64,000 nt of DNA from Octopus sinensis (taxonomy: Eukaryota), in contig NC_043022.1 of assembly GCF_006345805.1 (NCBI RefSeq), forward strand, positions 23,498,001 through 23,562,000, read 5' to 3'. Every line of letters begins with the position of its first letter. Position 1 is the first letter of the stretch. A program made the position numbers and the translations under genes. A model generated the notes under the pieces. The model ran no database searches, had not been told where the DNA came from, and saw nothing but the letters and a program-made list of their open reading frames with translations. Below are positions 26,898-39,208 of this stretch, one piece after another.

Positions 26898-26960
26898 TGC
26901 ACACATATACAACGACGCACGCTGAGCTCACGTGCTGAAGCCAAATTAGCAGACGATAAC
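26535..26960. repeat. ~200-bp tandem duplication
   Basis: CGCGTGCATAACATGTCTTCACTATATCTC...CACGTGCTGAAG...AGCAGACGATAAC occurs twice. Confidence 0.85.
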
Positions 26961-27306
26961 TAAAGAAAACAATGTGTGTGTGTGTGTGTGTGTGTGTGTC
27001 TGTGTGCGTGCGTGCGTGTGTTTGTACAAACATATTCACGTAGTTGTGGGACTTGCTAGAAATAACAACTAAATCTCCTTCAATGTCACACGCTGCCATC
27101 GTTGAAAACCAAAAAACACGTTGGCTAAAAATGAAAACAAAACAGCATGTTAATGACTTGGATGTTTTAGATTATAGATCTACTTGATCATGCTTGTAGT
27201 AGATTTGAATGACAGCACGGACACATATTTATGACATTATACACGCAAATGCAAGTACCATACACACATACACATATTTTCGATGAAGTCAAACTCGTTC
27301 TGTCGC

Positions 27307-27307
<1 letters not shown>

Positions 27308-27376
<69 letters not shown>

Positions 27377-27434
27377 AATATCTATCTATCTATCTATCTA
27401 TCTATCTACCTACCTACCTACCTACTTACCTACA

Positions 27435-27501
<67 letters not shown>
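27308..27501. repeat. (TATC)n microsatellite
   Basis: Directly visible; it explains the YLSI ORFs. Confidence 0.97.
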
Positions 27502-27502
<1 letters not shown>

Positions 27503-27751
27503 ATATAGCTTTCTATCTTCCTATTTGCGACTTATTTGTCACTATCTTTCTCCCCTTTTTTCTGTCTTTCATATCATTATTTCACTTCGTCCCCACTCTC
27601 TCTCCCTCCCCCTCTCTCTTTCTCTCTCCCTTCCTCTCTATCTGGCTGTCTATCTTTCAAGCATCTCTCTATTTTCCTCTTCACGACACATTTGTCACTG
27701 TCTTTCTCTTTGTTTTCCATATCACTCTTTCTCTTCGTCTCCTCACTCCCA

Positions 27752-27798
<47 letters not shown>

Positions 27799-28274
27799 AC
27801 ACACACAAACCGGTATTTGACAAACAGCGTTTAAACCGGAATTATCCGGAAACAACCGAAGTATTCCTCTTTCCCATTTATCGTCTGCTAAATGCCAATT
27901 CACATCACTTCTGCTTCACGAAGATGTCTAAATTCAACACTGAAGGTAAAGTAGCTTATGAAATTCATTAAAAAATACTAATTTTTTCTTTACTCTTTAT
28001 AAAATTGTTCTCACAAAATTAAAAAGGCAGATTTGGAAGAGGCAATTGATATCATATACAACTTTTATCTGTGTTTGGTGTTATAATTGCCAGTCACTGC
28101 TCCCTTCTCGAAGAAACGATCTGAAGGTAAAGTTCTTTATGAAATTTATTGAAAAATATTCATTTCCTTTTTGCTACTTATAAAACTGTACTAAGTCAGT
28201 CATCTACACAAATTTAGAAAGACATATTTCTAAAGAAGAAATTGGTATCGTTTTAGAGTCTGAACTTTAGATTG

Positions 28275-28690
28275 GGATCTTTTCGGTTTGAACGGCAGTT
28301 TTTTAAAATAATTTCCACGTAACTAAACACTTTTAAACTTCGTATACTGGTAGAATGTGTTTATAAAACATCTTTTTCTCTCGACTTTATTGAGAAAATT
28401 CTATAGTTTGTAAGATATTTGTTGTTTTTTCTTTAATTTCTGCAATTTCAACCAAGCACTGACGTCTATTGAGGTGAAAAACATTCTGTGCCGTATGAAT
28501 ATGTCCCTCGTTTAAGAAACAGATTGGGTTTATTTACATTTCTGGAGAAAAAAAGATATCCTTCCCCCCACCCCTAACCCTAACCCTAAAACAGATTGAA
28601 ATGCAATAGATCGATACTAGGGCCATAATTATGGGTGATAATTTCATATGACACCGCTAGAAAAAACTGCTGTTCAAACCGAAAAGCTCC
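28275..28690 (-). mobile_element. TTAGGG-containing MITE, copy 8, flanked by a 55-bp direct repeat
   Basis: Both TIRs; 28220-28274 is repeated at 28691-28745 with 2 mismatches. Confidence 0.92.
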
Positions 28691-29581
28691 AGACATATTT
28701 CTAAAGAAGAAATTGTTATCGTTTTAGTGTCTGAACTTTAGATTGTTATCAGTCTTTGCTGTTATAATTGTCAGTCACTGTTCTCGTCACGAAGTCATCT
28801 AAAGTTTAAACTGAAAGTAAAGTAGCTTGTTAAATTAATTGAAAAATATTGAACAGAATCATATTAACTTATCCTCAATTATAAGCAATTGTGATTGTAA
28901 CTTCGGGTTCGAAACGGTGTCACTCTTGCTCAAAAATAGCACAAATTACTGAATGCTTCAAAAAGAGTTCGTACATCATTTATGCAACAATGTCTCAAAT
29001 TATTCAGGCTATAATTTTTGACTGGTTGATTTATGGGAGAAGATGTATTTCTACACAAAGTGCCTTTGATTCAGTGTGATCCAGAAATACATTTTACATT
29101 CAGGAGGCTATAGTCTCTAGTAAAACAAAATTTTAGTCTTTAAATAAATGTCAGGAACAAACTTTATCTGTAGTTGAAAAATAACTCGAGGAACATTGTT
29201 CCTCTCATGGGCAAATGCATCTTGCAAGGACAAGAGTTGGAAGTTCACACAATTCTTTGTTATGTTTTTTCTGAATAAACACCTAACATTGTTTAATAGG
29301 AAGTACTGGGTTTATGTTAAATATTAGATATGAATGAGAAACAATGAAATTGGGAGGTGAAAAGTAACATGGAGCCAAAAACGAGAAGCTTACAAATAAA
29401 ATGCGAAAATGTATATGACAAAACTATTATATAGGTCGTCACCAGAGTAACTCCAAGTAACCCCCACCCCCACCCGATATGTATATATGCACACATATAT
29501 ACATATATACACATATATACAAAGAGAAAACACAACGCGAGGACGTGGAACAAGTATAGTGTTATTGGACGTTCAGTTTTT

Positions 29582-29920
29582 CCATTCATTTGACTGTGGC
29601 CATGCTAGAGCACCGCCTTTAGTCGAGCAAAAGGACCCCAGGACTTATTCTTTGTAAGCCTAGTACTTATTCTATCGGTCTCTTTTGCCGAACCGCTATG
29701 TTACGGGGACGTAAACACACCAGCATCGGTTGTCAAGCGATGTTGGGAGGACAAACACAGACACACAAACATATACACACACATACATATATATACATAT
29801 ATACGACGGGCTTCTTTCAGTTTCCGTCTACCAAATATACCCAAGGTGCCACGCAGTGGGACTGAACCCGGAACCATGTGGTTCGTAAACAAGCTAGTTA
29901 CCACATAACCACTCCTACGC
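29582..29920 (-). mobile_element. CORE-type SINE
   Basis: Reverse complement of the 5969 family with an internal deletion. Confidence 0.8.
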
Positions 29921-29976
29921 CTATATGTGTATGTATATGTGTGTGTGTGTGGGTATACATGTATGTGTGGGTACAT

Positions 29977-30061
<85 letters not shown>

Positions 30062-30584
30062 ATATATATATGAACACAAGGGAGATGTTAGACATAAATT
30101 ACTTGTGTAGCACTACTGTTAAATGAGAAAAAATTGCTCTACTTTTACATATTGAGTCCTAATTCTCCTGTTTGTACCACCCGCGTGTGTGTGTATACGC
30201 ATACACACACATATACGGAGAGAGAGGAAACATTGTCAACACAACCCCTCTGGAAACATTTAAACTGTCACAGACGAATTGTTTATGGAGAACTTCCCAT
30301 CTAACACATACACACACTTTCACACACATAGCACTATATCTTAAATATGTTTTCGGAGGGAAGTAAATGTAATACGAATGTTGTGGGGTAGGAGGTGGAA
30401 TATATGAGAGTGGGGTAATGTGTATATGGTGGAGGTCGCACCCCCACACATATTCGACCAAACGCGCACACTCCCAGACGCTTATACAAACACATACAGA
30501 CACACACACACAAACAAATATGTATTTAATCATACACACCACATATATATGCATAAAACAAATATATATATATGTATGTATGTA

Positions 30585-30653
<69 letters not shown>

Positions 30654-31138
30654 CATACATACATACATACATACATAAAGCAAATATATATATATATATA
30701 TTCATGAGTATATATACATACAAAAAATAAATATATATATATGCATGTATGTATATATATGCGCGCGCGTACGCACACACACATCTCTCAAACACAAAAT
30801 TTGAGCAGTACAAGCATAAATAAAAGGAAAAGAAAAAATAGAAGGAAGCAGCAGATAGTTTATATTGTAGATAAATCTGATGGAGTTCCACTTTAAATGT
30901 TTTTCTCTTTCTTTTTTTTTTTTTTTGTCTTTAATTCGGTTTTAAATTCTTCTTTTCTTCAATTCTTTATTTTATTCTATTTTTGATGTCGTCGTCGCTG
31001 ATGCTGTTGTAGATTCTTGAGAAAAAATATGGCTCGAATGGAAACAATGAACAATGGAGAGAAGGAAATGGGAGAGAGAGAGAGAGAGAGAGAGAGAAAA
31101 GAGGGATATAAAGAGACAAGAACTGAGAGAATATATAC

Positions 31139-31182
<44 letters not shown>

Positions 31183-31636
31183 ATATATATATACATACAC
31201 ACACACACACATATATATGTATATATATACATGGGGAAGAGAAGTAGAGATTGTGTATTTGTTTCTTCCTGATGTTAGGGTCTGGGGAATAAGTTACTCG
31301 CCTAAAAAGACGTTTGTTTTTCTCTCTCTTTTGGTTTTTAGTTTCTATAGTTGTGATGTAACAGGAATTCGAACACATAATTGTTAACACCCACTGAATA
31401 CTGTGATTCACAGACTAACAACAACTACCCCCACCGCTCCGCCACCATATATATATATATTAGTGGAAAACCGTTTGGCTCCCTTCCCCCCTTTCTTTGT
31501 TAATGAGGGCGTAAAATAGGTGGCTTCTTTCTTTGCCATTGTTTTAAGGAATTTAATATTGTCTTAATTTCATTAAACATAGAAAATTTATCCGGACCCT
31601 TTTCACAGCCCCTTTAACTCCAATGAGAAACACTTC

Positions 31637-31685
<49 letters not shown>

Positions 31686-32341
31686 CACACATACACACAT
31701 ATGGCTAGATGTGTATGCATATATGCATGGTGACCGAGTAAGACTATTTCCTAAATTCAGTAAGTCCGTGCAAACGTTCCAAGAGTCCAAGAAATTCCTG
31801 TGCGTGAGTTTGTTTTAAGTGGATAAAGAATTATATAGCACTGAATCCACTTTTCAACGCTGTCAGCTATAAAACCAGTGGCACAATAAAGGCTGAGATG
31901 ACCAGAAATCAACTGCACTTCAAGGATTTTTTTTTTTATACGAGTTTGTCTTCTAGAAGGAAGTTCTAACGAGAACCACGGGTCCTAGTTAACCCACAGT
32001 GGGGTCCCTAACAGGTGCTACTATTCCGAGTCAGACTAGACCTGGGAACAGTAGTGGCTAAAAGGTGGCTCCACATTTCTTAAAACCCTGAAATTCCTAC
32101 ACCAAGACCCCACTACACACACACACACACACACAAATGTATGTATATAGATATAATGTATTTGTGTGTGTGTGTGAAGGTGCATGGCTCAGTGGTTAGA
32201 GCGTCGAGCTTACGATCGTGAGGTTGTGAATTCGAATCCCGGACCAGGCTGCGTGTTGTGTTCTTGAGCAAGACAGTGACAAGTGCCAAGCTGTATCGGC
32301 CTTTGCCTTTCCCTTGGATATAATAATTAGTTGTGTTAGCC

Positions 32342-34055
32342 ATGTCTCCTAAGAAGGTTAGTGCAAAGGACAGCGTTGAAAAGAAAAAGCTGATTACGTT
32401 AGAATTGAAGAAGGAAGTTATTGATGAATATGAGAGAGGTGTGTGTGTAGTGGACATAGCACGTTAATACGACCGAAGCACGTCGATGATCTACACCGTC
32501 CTGAAGGAAAAGGACGAGATCAAGGTTGTTATAACAGCAAAGTGTGTCTCCAGGCTCTCCAAGCAACGCACATATGTCCACGAAGAGATGGAAAAAATGC
32601 TTCTCCTGTAGATCAACGAGAAGCAACTCGCAGGGGATACGATTACAGAGACCATCATCTACGAGAAAGCACGAGCGCTGTATGGGGATCTCCTGAAACA
32701 GAACCCTGGAACATCGACGGAGGAGACATCAGCAGACATATTTAAGGCCAGTCGCAGCTGGTTAGATAATTTTAAGAAGCGGACTGGTTTTCATAGCTGC
32801 AGATCATGTGGAGGGCAAACGTTAAAGCCTGGGTCGCCAGGCAATTCTTCAATAAGCGAGTCAAACTTATCTTTGGACCAGTAGTGAAAAAGTACCTTCT
32901 GGAGAACGATCTTCTGTTCAAGGCTCTTCTCATCCTCGACAATGCTTCTGCTCACCCTCCTAACTTCGAAAATGATATCCTGGACGAATTTAAATTCATA
33001 AAAGTTCTTTACCTTACATGCAACACAACCTACATCTTGCAGCCTATGGACCAACAGGTGATTTCTAACTTTAAGAACTTGTATACCAAACACCTGTTTC
33101 GTCGGTGCTTTGAAGGAGCATTACATCATTGTTAACTGCCTGAAAATCATCGATATAGCCTGGCAGGGTGTAACGAGGAGAATGCTGAATTCCTTCTGCG
33201 TGAAGGAAACTGTGGCCTGGCTGCATATCCGAAAGAGACTTCGAGGGATTTGAATCTATGACACCTGTAGTCGAAGAGGTAGTGTCTCTTGGCAACTTCA
33301 TGGGCCTCGAGGTTGACGATGGGAGCGATCCCATCGAAGAACACTGAGAGGAGCTGACGACAGATGAAATCCTGCAGTTTCAGGGGCAGTAGCATTCGGA
33401 TACGGTGGAAGAGATCAGTTCCTCGGAGGAGGACAGTGTACCGGAGAAGGCTATCTCTACGAGTGACATAAGGGCAGTGTTGGCAAAGAGGCAGTATGTT
33501 TCGGAATTTGTAGAAAAAAAATCATCTTGAAAAAGTATCTTCAGGTCGTACAGCTGCTTTATTTAATGATACTGCTCTGGCGCATCTTCGTAACATTTTG
33601 AAAGGCAGGGAAAAGTAGACGTTTTTTGATGTTTCTAACGAAACGGCCTGCAAGTTTGAAAAGTGAAGTAAATGTGTCCAAAAAGCCTAAATTAAGCGAA
33701 ATGAGAAAGAAAATTCCAGAAATTGTCCTTCTTGAAGTCTTAATAGGAGATTCTCCTTCCAAATAATAATCATACTCCTTACCGCTCCATCTTTAAGGTA
33801 ATTAAATTAATAAACCAGTTTACATATTTGTTTTGCATTCTCTTTTAGTATGCTTTTATAATTGTTATTTTCCTTGTAACTGCACCGTTTCTGTTTCAAA
33901 ACCCATAAAAAATTATTTTGGGGTGGTTTTCTGGGTTGGAACGAATTAATTATATCTTAATTAATTTCATTGGGTAAAATTTATTTGTAAAACGAGTAAC
34001 TCGTAAAACGAGCTCGGTCAAGGAACGAATTAAACTCTACTGCGAGGTATCGCTG
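32342..34055 (+). mobile_element. Tigger/pogo-family DNA transposon remnant (CENP-B-like HTH + DDE_1 transposase pseudogene)
   Basis: MSPKK...ITLELKKEVI HTH, FKASRSWLDNFKKR, ALLILDNASAHP, LQPMDQQVISNFK; stops and frameshifts; right TIR CGAGGTATCGCTG|TA. Confidence 0.9.
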
Positions 34056-34602
34056 TATTATTATATATTTGGTTTTAATACCAACAAATGTATATTTTGT
34101 CTTCGTTATTTGAATAGTCTAATTATCGGTTTTCTGTATCATTACTCACATTCTGTGTATATAATATAATGAATTGTATTTCATTCTATTTGTAATTCCT
34201 ACATAAACAAGAAAATGGACCACTTCCGATCTTGAATGTTAAACTTGACTGATAACACTAATGGATGCAAATTTTACGCAAACGTGTTGGTGAATACAAG
34301 TTAAAAACTATTACCATTGCAATTGCCACAGTAAAAGTTTAAAAAGTTAGGTGTGCATAATGTGTTGTGAAAGTTGTAGATGTAGGTCCATGTTTTACAA
34401 AGTCAACTGATTAAGTTTTGTTGTACGAAAAAGTGCTCGTAAATATTTTCTTGGTCATAAGATCAATTACTGCAACTGGATAATGGATAGCCGTAATGAA
34501 GAAAAGTAAATAACGTACGTGATACCAGACAGAAGTTATTTTGTGGAAACAAGAGAACATAAGGGATAAAGTTAAGTGTAGTGAGGTAGAGGAGGTTGGA
34601 GA

Positions 34603-34700
34603 AAAGCATATATACTTAATTACAGAGATATATAGAAAAACATATATACTTAATTACAGACACATATAGAAAAACATATATACTTAATTACAGACATATA
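34603..34700. repeat. ~34-bp minisatellite (3 units)
   Basis: CATATATACTTAATTACAGA recurs three times. Confidence 0.85.
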
Positions 34701-35367
34701 TAATTAGCAATAGAGAGCTATACGAATTTAAGATGAGTGAGATTCCCAAACATATTTTGGCACGGAGTCCTTTTACTGTTTTCCAAGCAGCATAACAACT
34801 CTCATTCCCCCTAATTTCAGTAGGACATTCGCTGATTCAAAAATTATTGCAGAGAGGGAATTATTCAAATCTATTAGGCAGCTGGGGAGGGAAATCCTGG
34901 TTTTGTTAAGAATATTCCTTAGTTGATTATGTTTCTAAGGTCAAGTTAGAGATATAACTTAACATATTAATTTAACGACGAAGGGTAAATACCTTGCACA
35001 CACACACACACACACACTATAGTATGTCTGCAACAAAGTGTTCTGATGAATCGGTCTGCTTTCAAACTACAACGGAGGAACGTACGCAGGTAAGAATCGC
35101 TAGACAGGTTTTAAGGGCAAAAAACAACTGGCAGAAGACCAAGGGGTAAACTACGAGCAAGATGGTTGGATAACATCCATGAGTTCCATTGGTCTCGCTT
35201 GGGGATCCAGACACGTCAGTTGAAGACGATTGCTTATGGAAAATGTACTTGAAGATTCTACCTTCATGACCGTCTCAGGATTAAGTGGGCGAAGAAGATG
35301 GGATGAGATTATATATATATATATATAGATATATATATATATATATATATACATACATAGTTAATTC

Positions 35368-35403
<36 letters not shown>

Positions 35404-35502
35404 ATATATACACACATACATAGTTAATCCAAACATGAAAACACAACAACGCGAGGACGTGGAACAAGTATAGAATTATTGGTCGCTCAGGAAAGAAGGA
35501 GG

Positions 35503-35537
35503 GTTTAACGTTTCGAGCGGAGTTCTTCGTCAGAAAC
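35503..35537 (-). ncRNA. Minimal type I hammerhead motif in Penelope-like repeat 35420-35612
   Basis: GUUU-CUGACGA-A-GAAC-UCC-GCUC-GAAA-CG-UU-AAAC; one stem II mismatch. Confidence 0.7.
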
Positions 35538-35610
35538 ATAGGAAAAGGAAAGATCCAAAGAAGGGAAGACGGAGAAAAAAAATCGCCAACGGTACACATG
35601 CGGTCACATT

Positions 35611-35642
<32 letters not shown>

Positions 35643-35678
35643 CATACATACATACATACATACATACACACACACATA

Positions 35679-35879
35679 CGAGGGCGTGCTGAAAAATTCC
35701 CGGCTTTGGGTAAAAGAAAATATAGGAGGATCAGTTAATTATGATTTTATTCAACATATTCCCCTCTCAGATTCACACACACAATGCAGCGGTCCTTCAG
35801 TTTTTCTAAGCCCTGTAAAAGTTGAGCCTCCAATCAGGCCTTTCGCGATACTATTAAAGCCAGAAACTTTTCAACACTC

Positions 35880-35883
<4 letters not shown>
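35679..35883. mobile_element. mariner-type MITE
   Basis: TA|CGAGGGCGTGCTGAAAAATTCCCGGCTTT ... AAAGCCAGAAACTTTTCAACACTCCTCA|TA. Confidence 0.8.
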
Positions 35884-35941
<58 letters not shown>

Positions 35942-37261
35942 GGTGTTTCTGGTAGAAATATCTCTAGCGGAGTTTGTAGTAGTATTAGTGGTGATAGCGC
36001 TGGATGTGGAGGCGGGACAGTATAGACGATAGTAACGTTGATGTAGTGGGATTGGCTGTAGTTGTGGTGGTAGTGATGATGGATGTGGCTGTAGTGTATG
36101 TTGTCGAGGTAGTCATGGAGTACAAAGAGTACACCTGATCTGCATCCTAAGGTAATCATACAACCATCACTACTACTACTAGTGCGGTTACTTTTTTCCT
36201 CCATTCTGAGGAGAATCGATTTCGCTTATCGGGAACATATCGATCAATTTCCTGATCAATGTCCTATTGATCGCCATTGTGGAGGTGCATGGATGTGTGA
36301 AGAAGTGGGGGAGAAAGAGGAAGTAAATCAGATGGAAGAACAGGAAGGGGAATGGAAGAAGTGGGCAGTAAGGAACAATGTGGAAGATGATGATGATGAG
36401 GAGGATGATGATGAATATGTTGTTGATGTTAAGTTTAAAGAATGATGATGAGGGTGGTGATAAAGTCAATGGAGGAGGAGGATGACGAAGAGAAAACGAA
36501 ATATAAGAAGAAATAGGAGGAGGAAGTATGATGATGTGGAGGAGAAAGAGATGGTGAAGAAAAACAGGGTGGAGAAGAAAAAAAGGTGTTTTTATAAGGG
36601 TTGCGAGAGAATTAAGGGCTGCAAGGTGTAAGGCAAAGTTGAGAGCCTTGTTACTGGGATCAGTGTATAAACAAGGATTGATCACTACCACTATCACCAC
36701 CACCACCACCATGACTACCACTCCCACCCACAGCCATCACCATAACAACAACAATCTGACCAGCACTCTGCGCTTCACTACCAAATCCCCCACCAATGTC
36801 ACCCAAACTAATGATCGATGTGCACCAACAGCTGCAGGCTGGAGTTTTTCAGCAGTTTGATGCATCAGCATCACAGCATTTAGTTCTAGCAATCGCCATA
36901 CCAACAATGACAATACCATTACCGATTTTCTCTGCTTCACTACAAAAACCACCACCATCAACAACGATTACTGGCTGGAGGGTGTCGGCAACTAGGTGCA
37001 TCAACGCCACGGCTTTTGGATCTAGCAATCATTGTTTTACTTGTGACTGGTGAGATAGGTAGTGGTGGTGGTTATGTAGTGTAGAGTATGGAAGAAAGAG
37101 GAGGAGTAGATGTTGAAGGAAGAATAGTAGAGAAAGAATTACGAGAAGAGTAGAAGAAACAGTTGGAAGATCGATAATTAAAAAGGAAAAAAAAACATGC
37201 GAAGGCATAGCTGTGTGATAAGAAGCTTGCTTCCCAACCATGAGGATTTTGGTACCAGTCC

Positions 37262-38020
37262 CAGTGGTGTAGCTAATAGGGGAGTGAGGGGGACGACCGC
37301 TCCTTCCGAGAACATTTTTCAAAATTGGCGCCTTTTCAACAGTTAACTCACTTGTGCGATAAAAGTTGAATCCTTCTCTCTCTTAATTTATCTCCCCCCC
37401 TCTCTCTCTTTGTTAATGACATGGTCTTGGATGAACTTTCTGGAGTCATTACTTTGATCAACCTCTTGTGTTTTTGAGCTGTCTGCTCAATCCCCTGTGA
37501 TGTGTTGGTGGCCGCTGACATCTAAAGAACCAAAACGAACCCTGACATTATAACCTCTCGATACTAGACGATCCAGTGGAGTTTCATCATGGTTTTCTTT
37601 TCTACTCTAGGCACAAGGCCAGAAATTTGCGGTGAGGGAGCCAGTCGATTAGATCGACCCCAGTGTGCAATTGGTACTTAATTTATCGACCCCGAAAGGA
37701 TGAAAGGCAAAGTCGGCTTCGGCGGAATTTGAACTGGGAACGTAAAGACAGACGAAATACCGCTAAGCATTTCACCCGGCGTGCTAACATTTCTGCCAAC
37801 TCGCCGCCTTTTCATCATGTTTTTCACGTCGCACCTATATCAACACCTGTAATTTCACACATAATGACATTGTTACTTAAGCATGACTGTAGAATACAAT
37901 GACATGTAACTAATGAAATATTTCGCGTAATATAAAGCAATGAGATAGAAATTTTCTTTGTCACAGCGCCTTTTTTTATGTGTTCGTTCACCCTAGCTTT
38001 AGAACTTTGCTATGCATCTG
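37262..38020. mobile_element. hAT-like MITE nested in a CORE SINE and containing a MetaSINE (~37600-37810, minus)
   Basis: CAGTGGTGTAGC ... GCTATGCATCTG termini; the SINE head at 37200-37261 resumes at ~38024. Confidence 0.6.
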
Positions 38021-38385
38021 GTGAGTCCCACTGCGTGGTGCCTGGATCGCGTGTCTTCCACCAAAGTCCAAAACTAACTAAGGCCTTGTGAATGGATTTG
38101 GTGGACGGAAACTTGATGAAGCCCGTCGTGTATTACACACACACACACGTGTGAATGGACATACGAAAGAAAGACGTACTCAACACATTTAGTAGGAGTT
38201 ATTATTATTATTTAAAGCAACTTAAAACTTCATAGGCTCGTTACGAGAGCCTAGATCGTCGGACTCAGGAAGTCGAATCCGAATGCTTGAACCCGACGAG
38301 AGGGGTTCTTGTAACGAGCCTACAAAACATTAAGTTGTATGGGGCCGAATCAAACGGTTCTAAAAACGAAAGCAAAACAAAACAA

Positions 38386-38815
38386 GGATCTTTTCGGTTT
38401 GAACGGCAGTTTTTTCTAGCGGTGTCATATGAAATTATCACCCATAATTATGACCCTTGTATCGATCTATTGCATTTCAATATGTTTTAGGGCTAGGGTT
38501 TAGAGTTAGGGTTAGGGGTGGGGGAAGGGTATCTTTTTTTCTTCAGAAATGTAAATAAACCCAATCTGTTTCTTAAACGAGGGATATATTCATACGGCAC
38601 GGAATGTTTTTTTACCTCAATAGACGTCAGTGATTGGTTGAAATTGCAGAAACTGAAGAAAAAAAACAACAAATATCTTACAAACTATAGAATTTTCTCA
38701 ATAAAGCCAAGAGAAAAAGATGTTTTTTAAACACATTCTACCAGTATACGAAGTTTAAAATTTTTTAGTTACCTAGAATTTATGTTAAAAACTGCCGTTC
38801 AAACCGAAAAGATCC
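38386..38815 (+). mobile_element. TTAGGG-containing MITE, copy 9
   Basis: Both TIRs; perfect TSD caaaacaa. Confidence 0.92.
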
Positions 38816-39138
38816 CAAAACAAACCAAAAAAACAACCTCCTCCTCAAACCCACATATATACATCACTGTATCGATCAGAATACCGGATTTATACATCAC
38901 TGGTTACAATGCGCTTCGAATTGTTTTAGCTTTCCAGTGACACCACCCCGCTGGCTAGACGACCAGGCCAACATTCCTCCTGATCGGAAGGCTATAACGT
39001 CAGAAGGTTACCCAATTACAGCTGGGTAAACTGGAACAACGTGAAGTGTTTTGCTCAAGAACACAATACGCCGCTTGGTCCGGGAATTGAACACATGTGA
39101 ATGCAATGCCCTAACCAGCAAGCAGGTCACACACACAC

Positions 39139-39208
<70 letters not shown>

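Noticed and set aside
20520-31250. ORFs rich in YI, CV, THTH and YLSI
   Set aside because: They are translations of (TA)n, (TG)n and (TATC)n microsatellites.
35043-35070. CTGATGA as a hammerhead core (also at 51882)
   Set aside because: No stem II-GAAA partner in either standard or permuted spacing; the 51882 instance is an internal Helitron motif.
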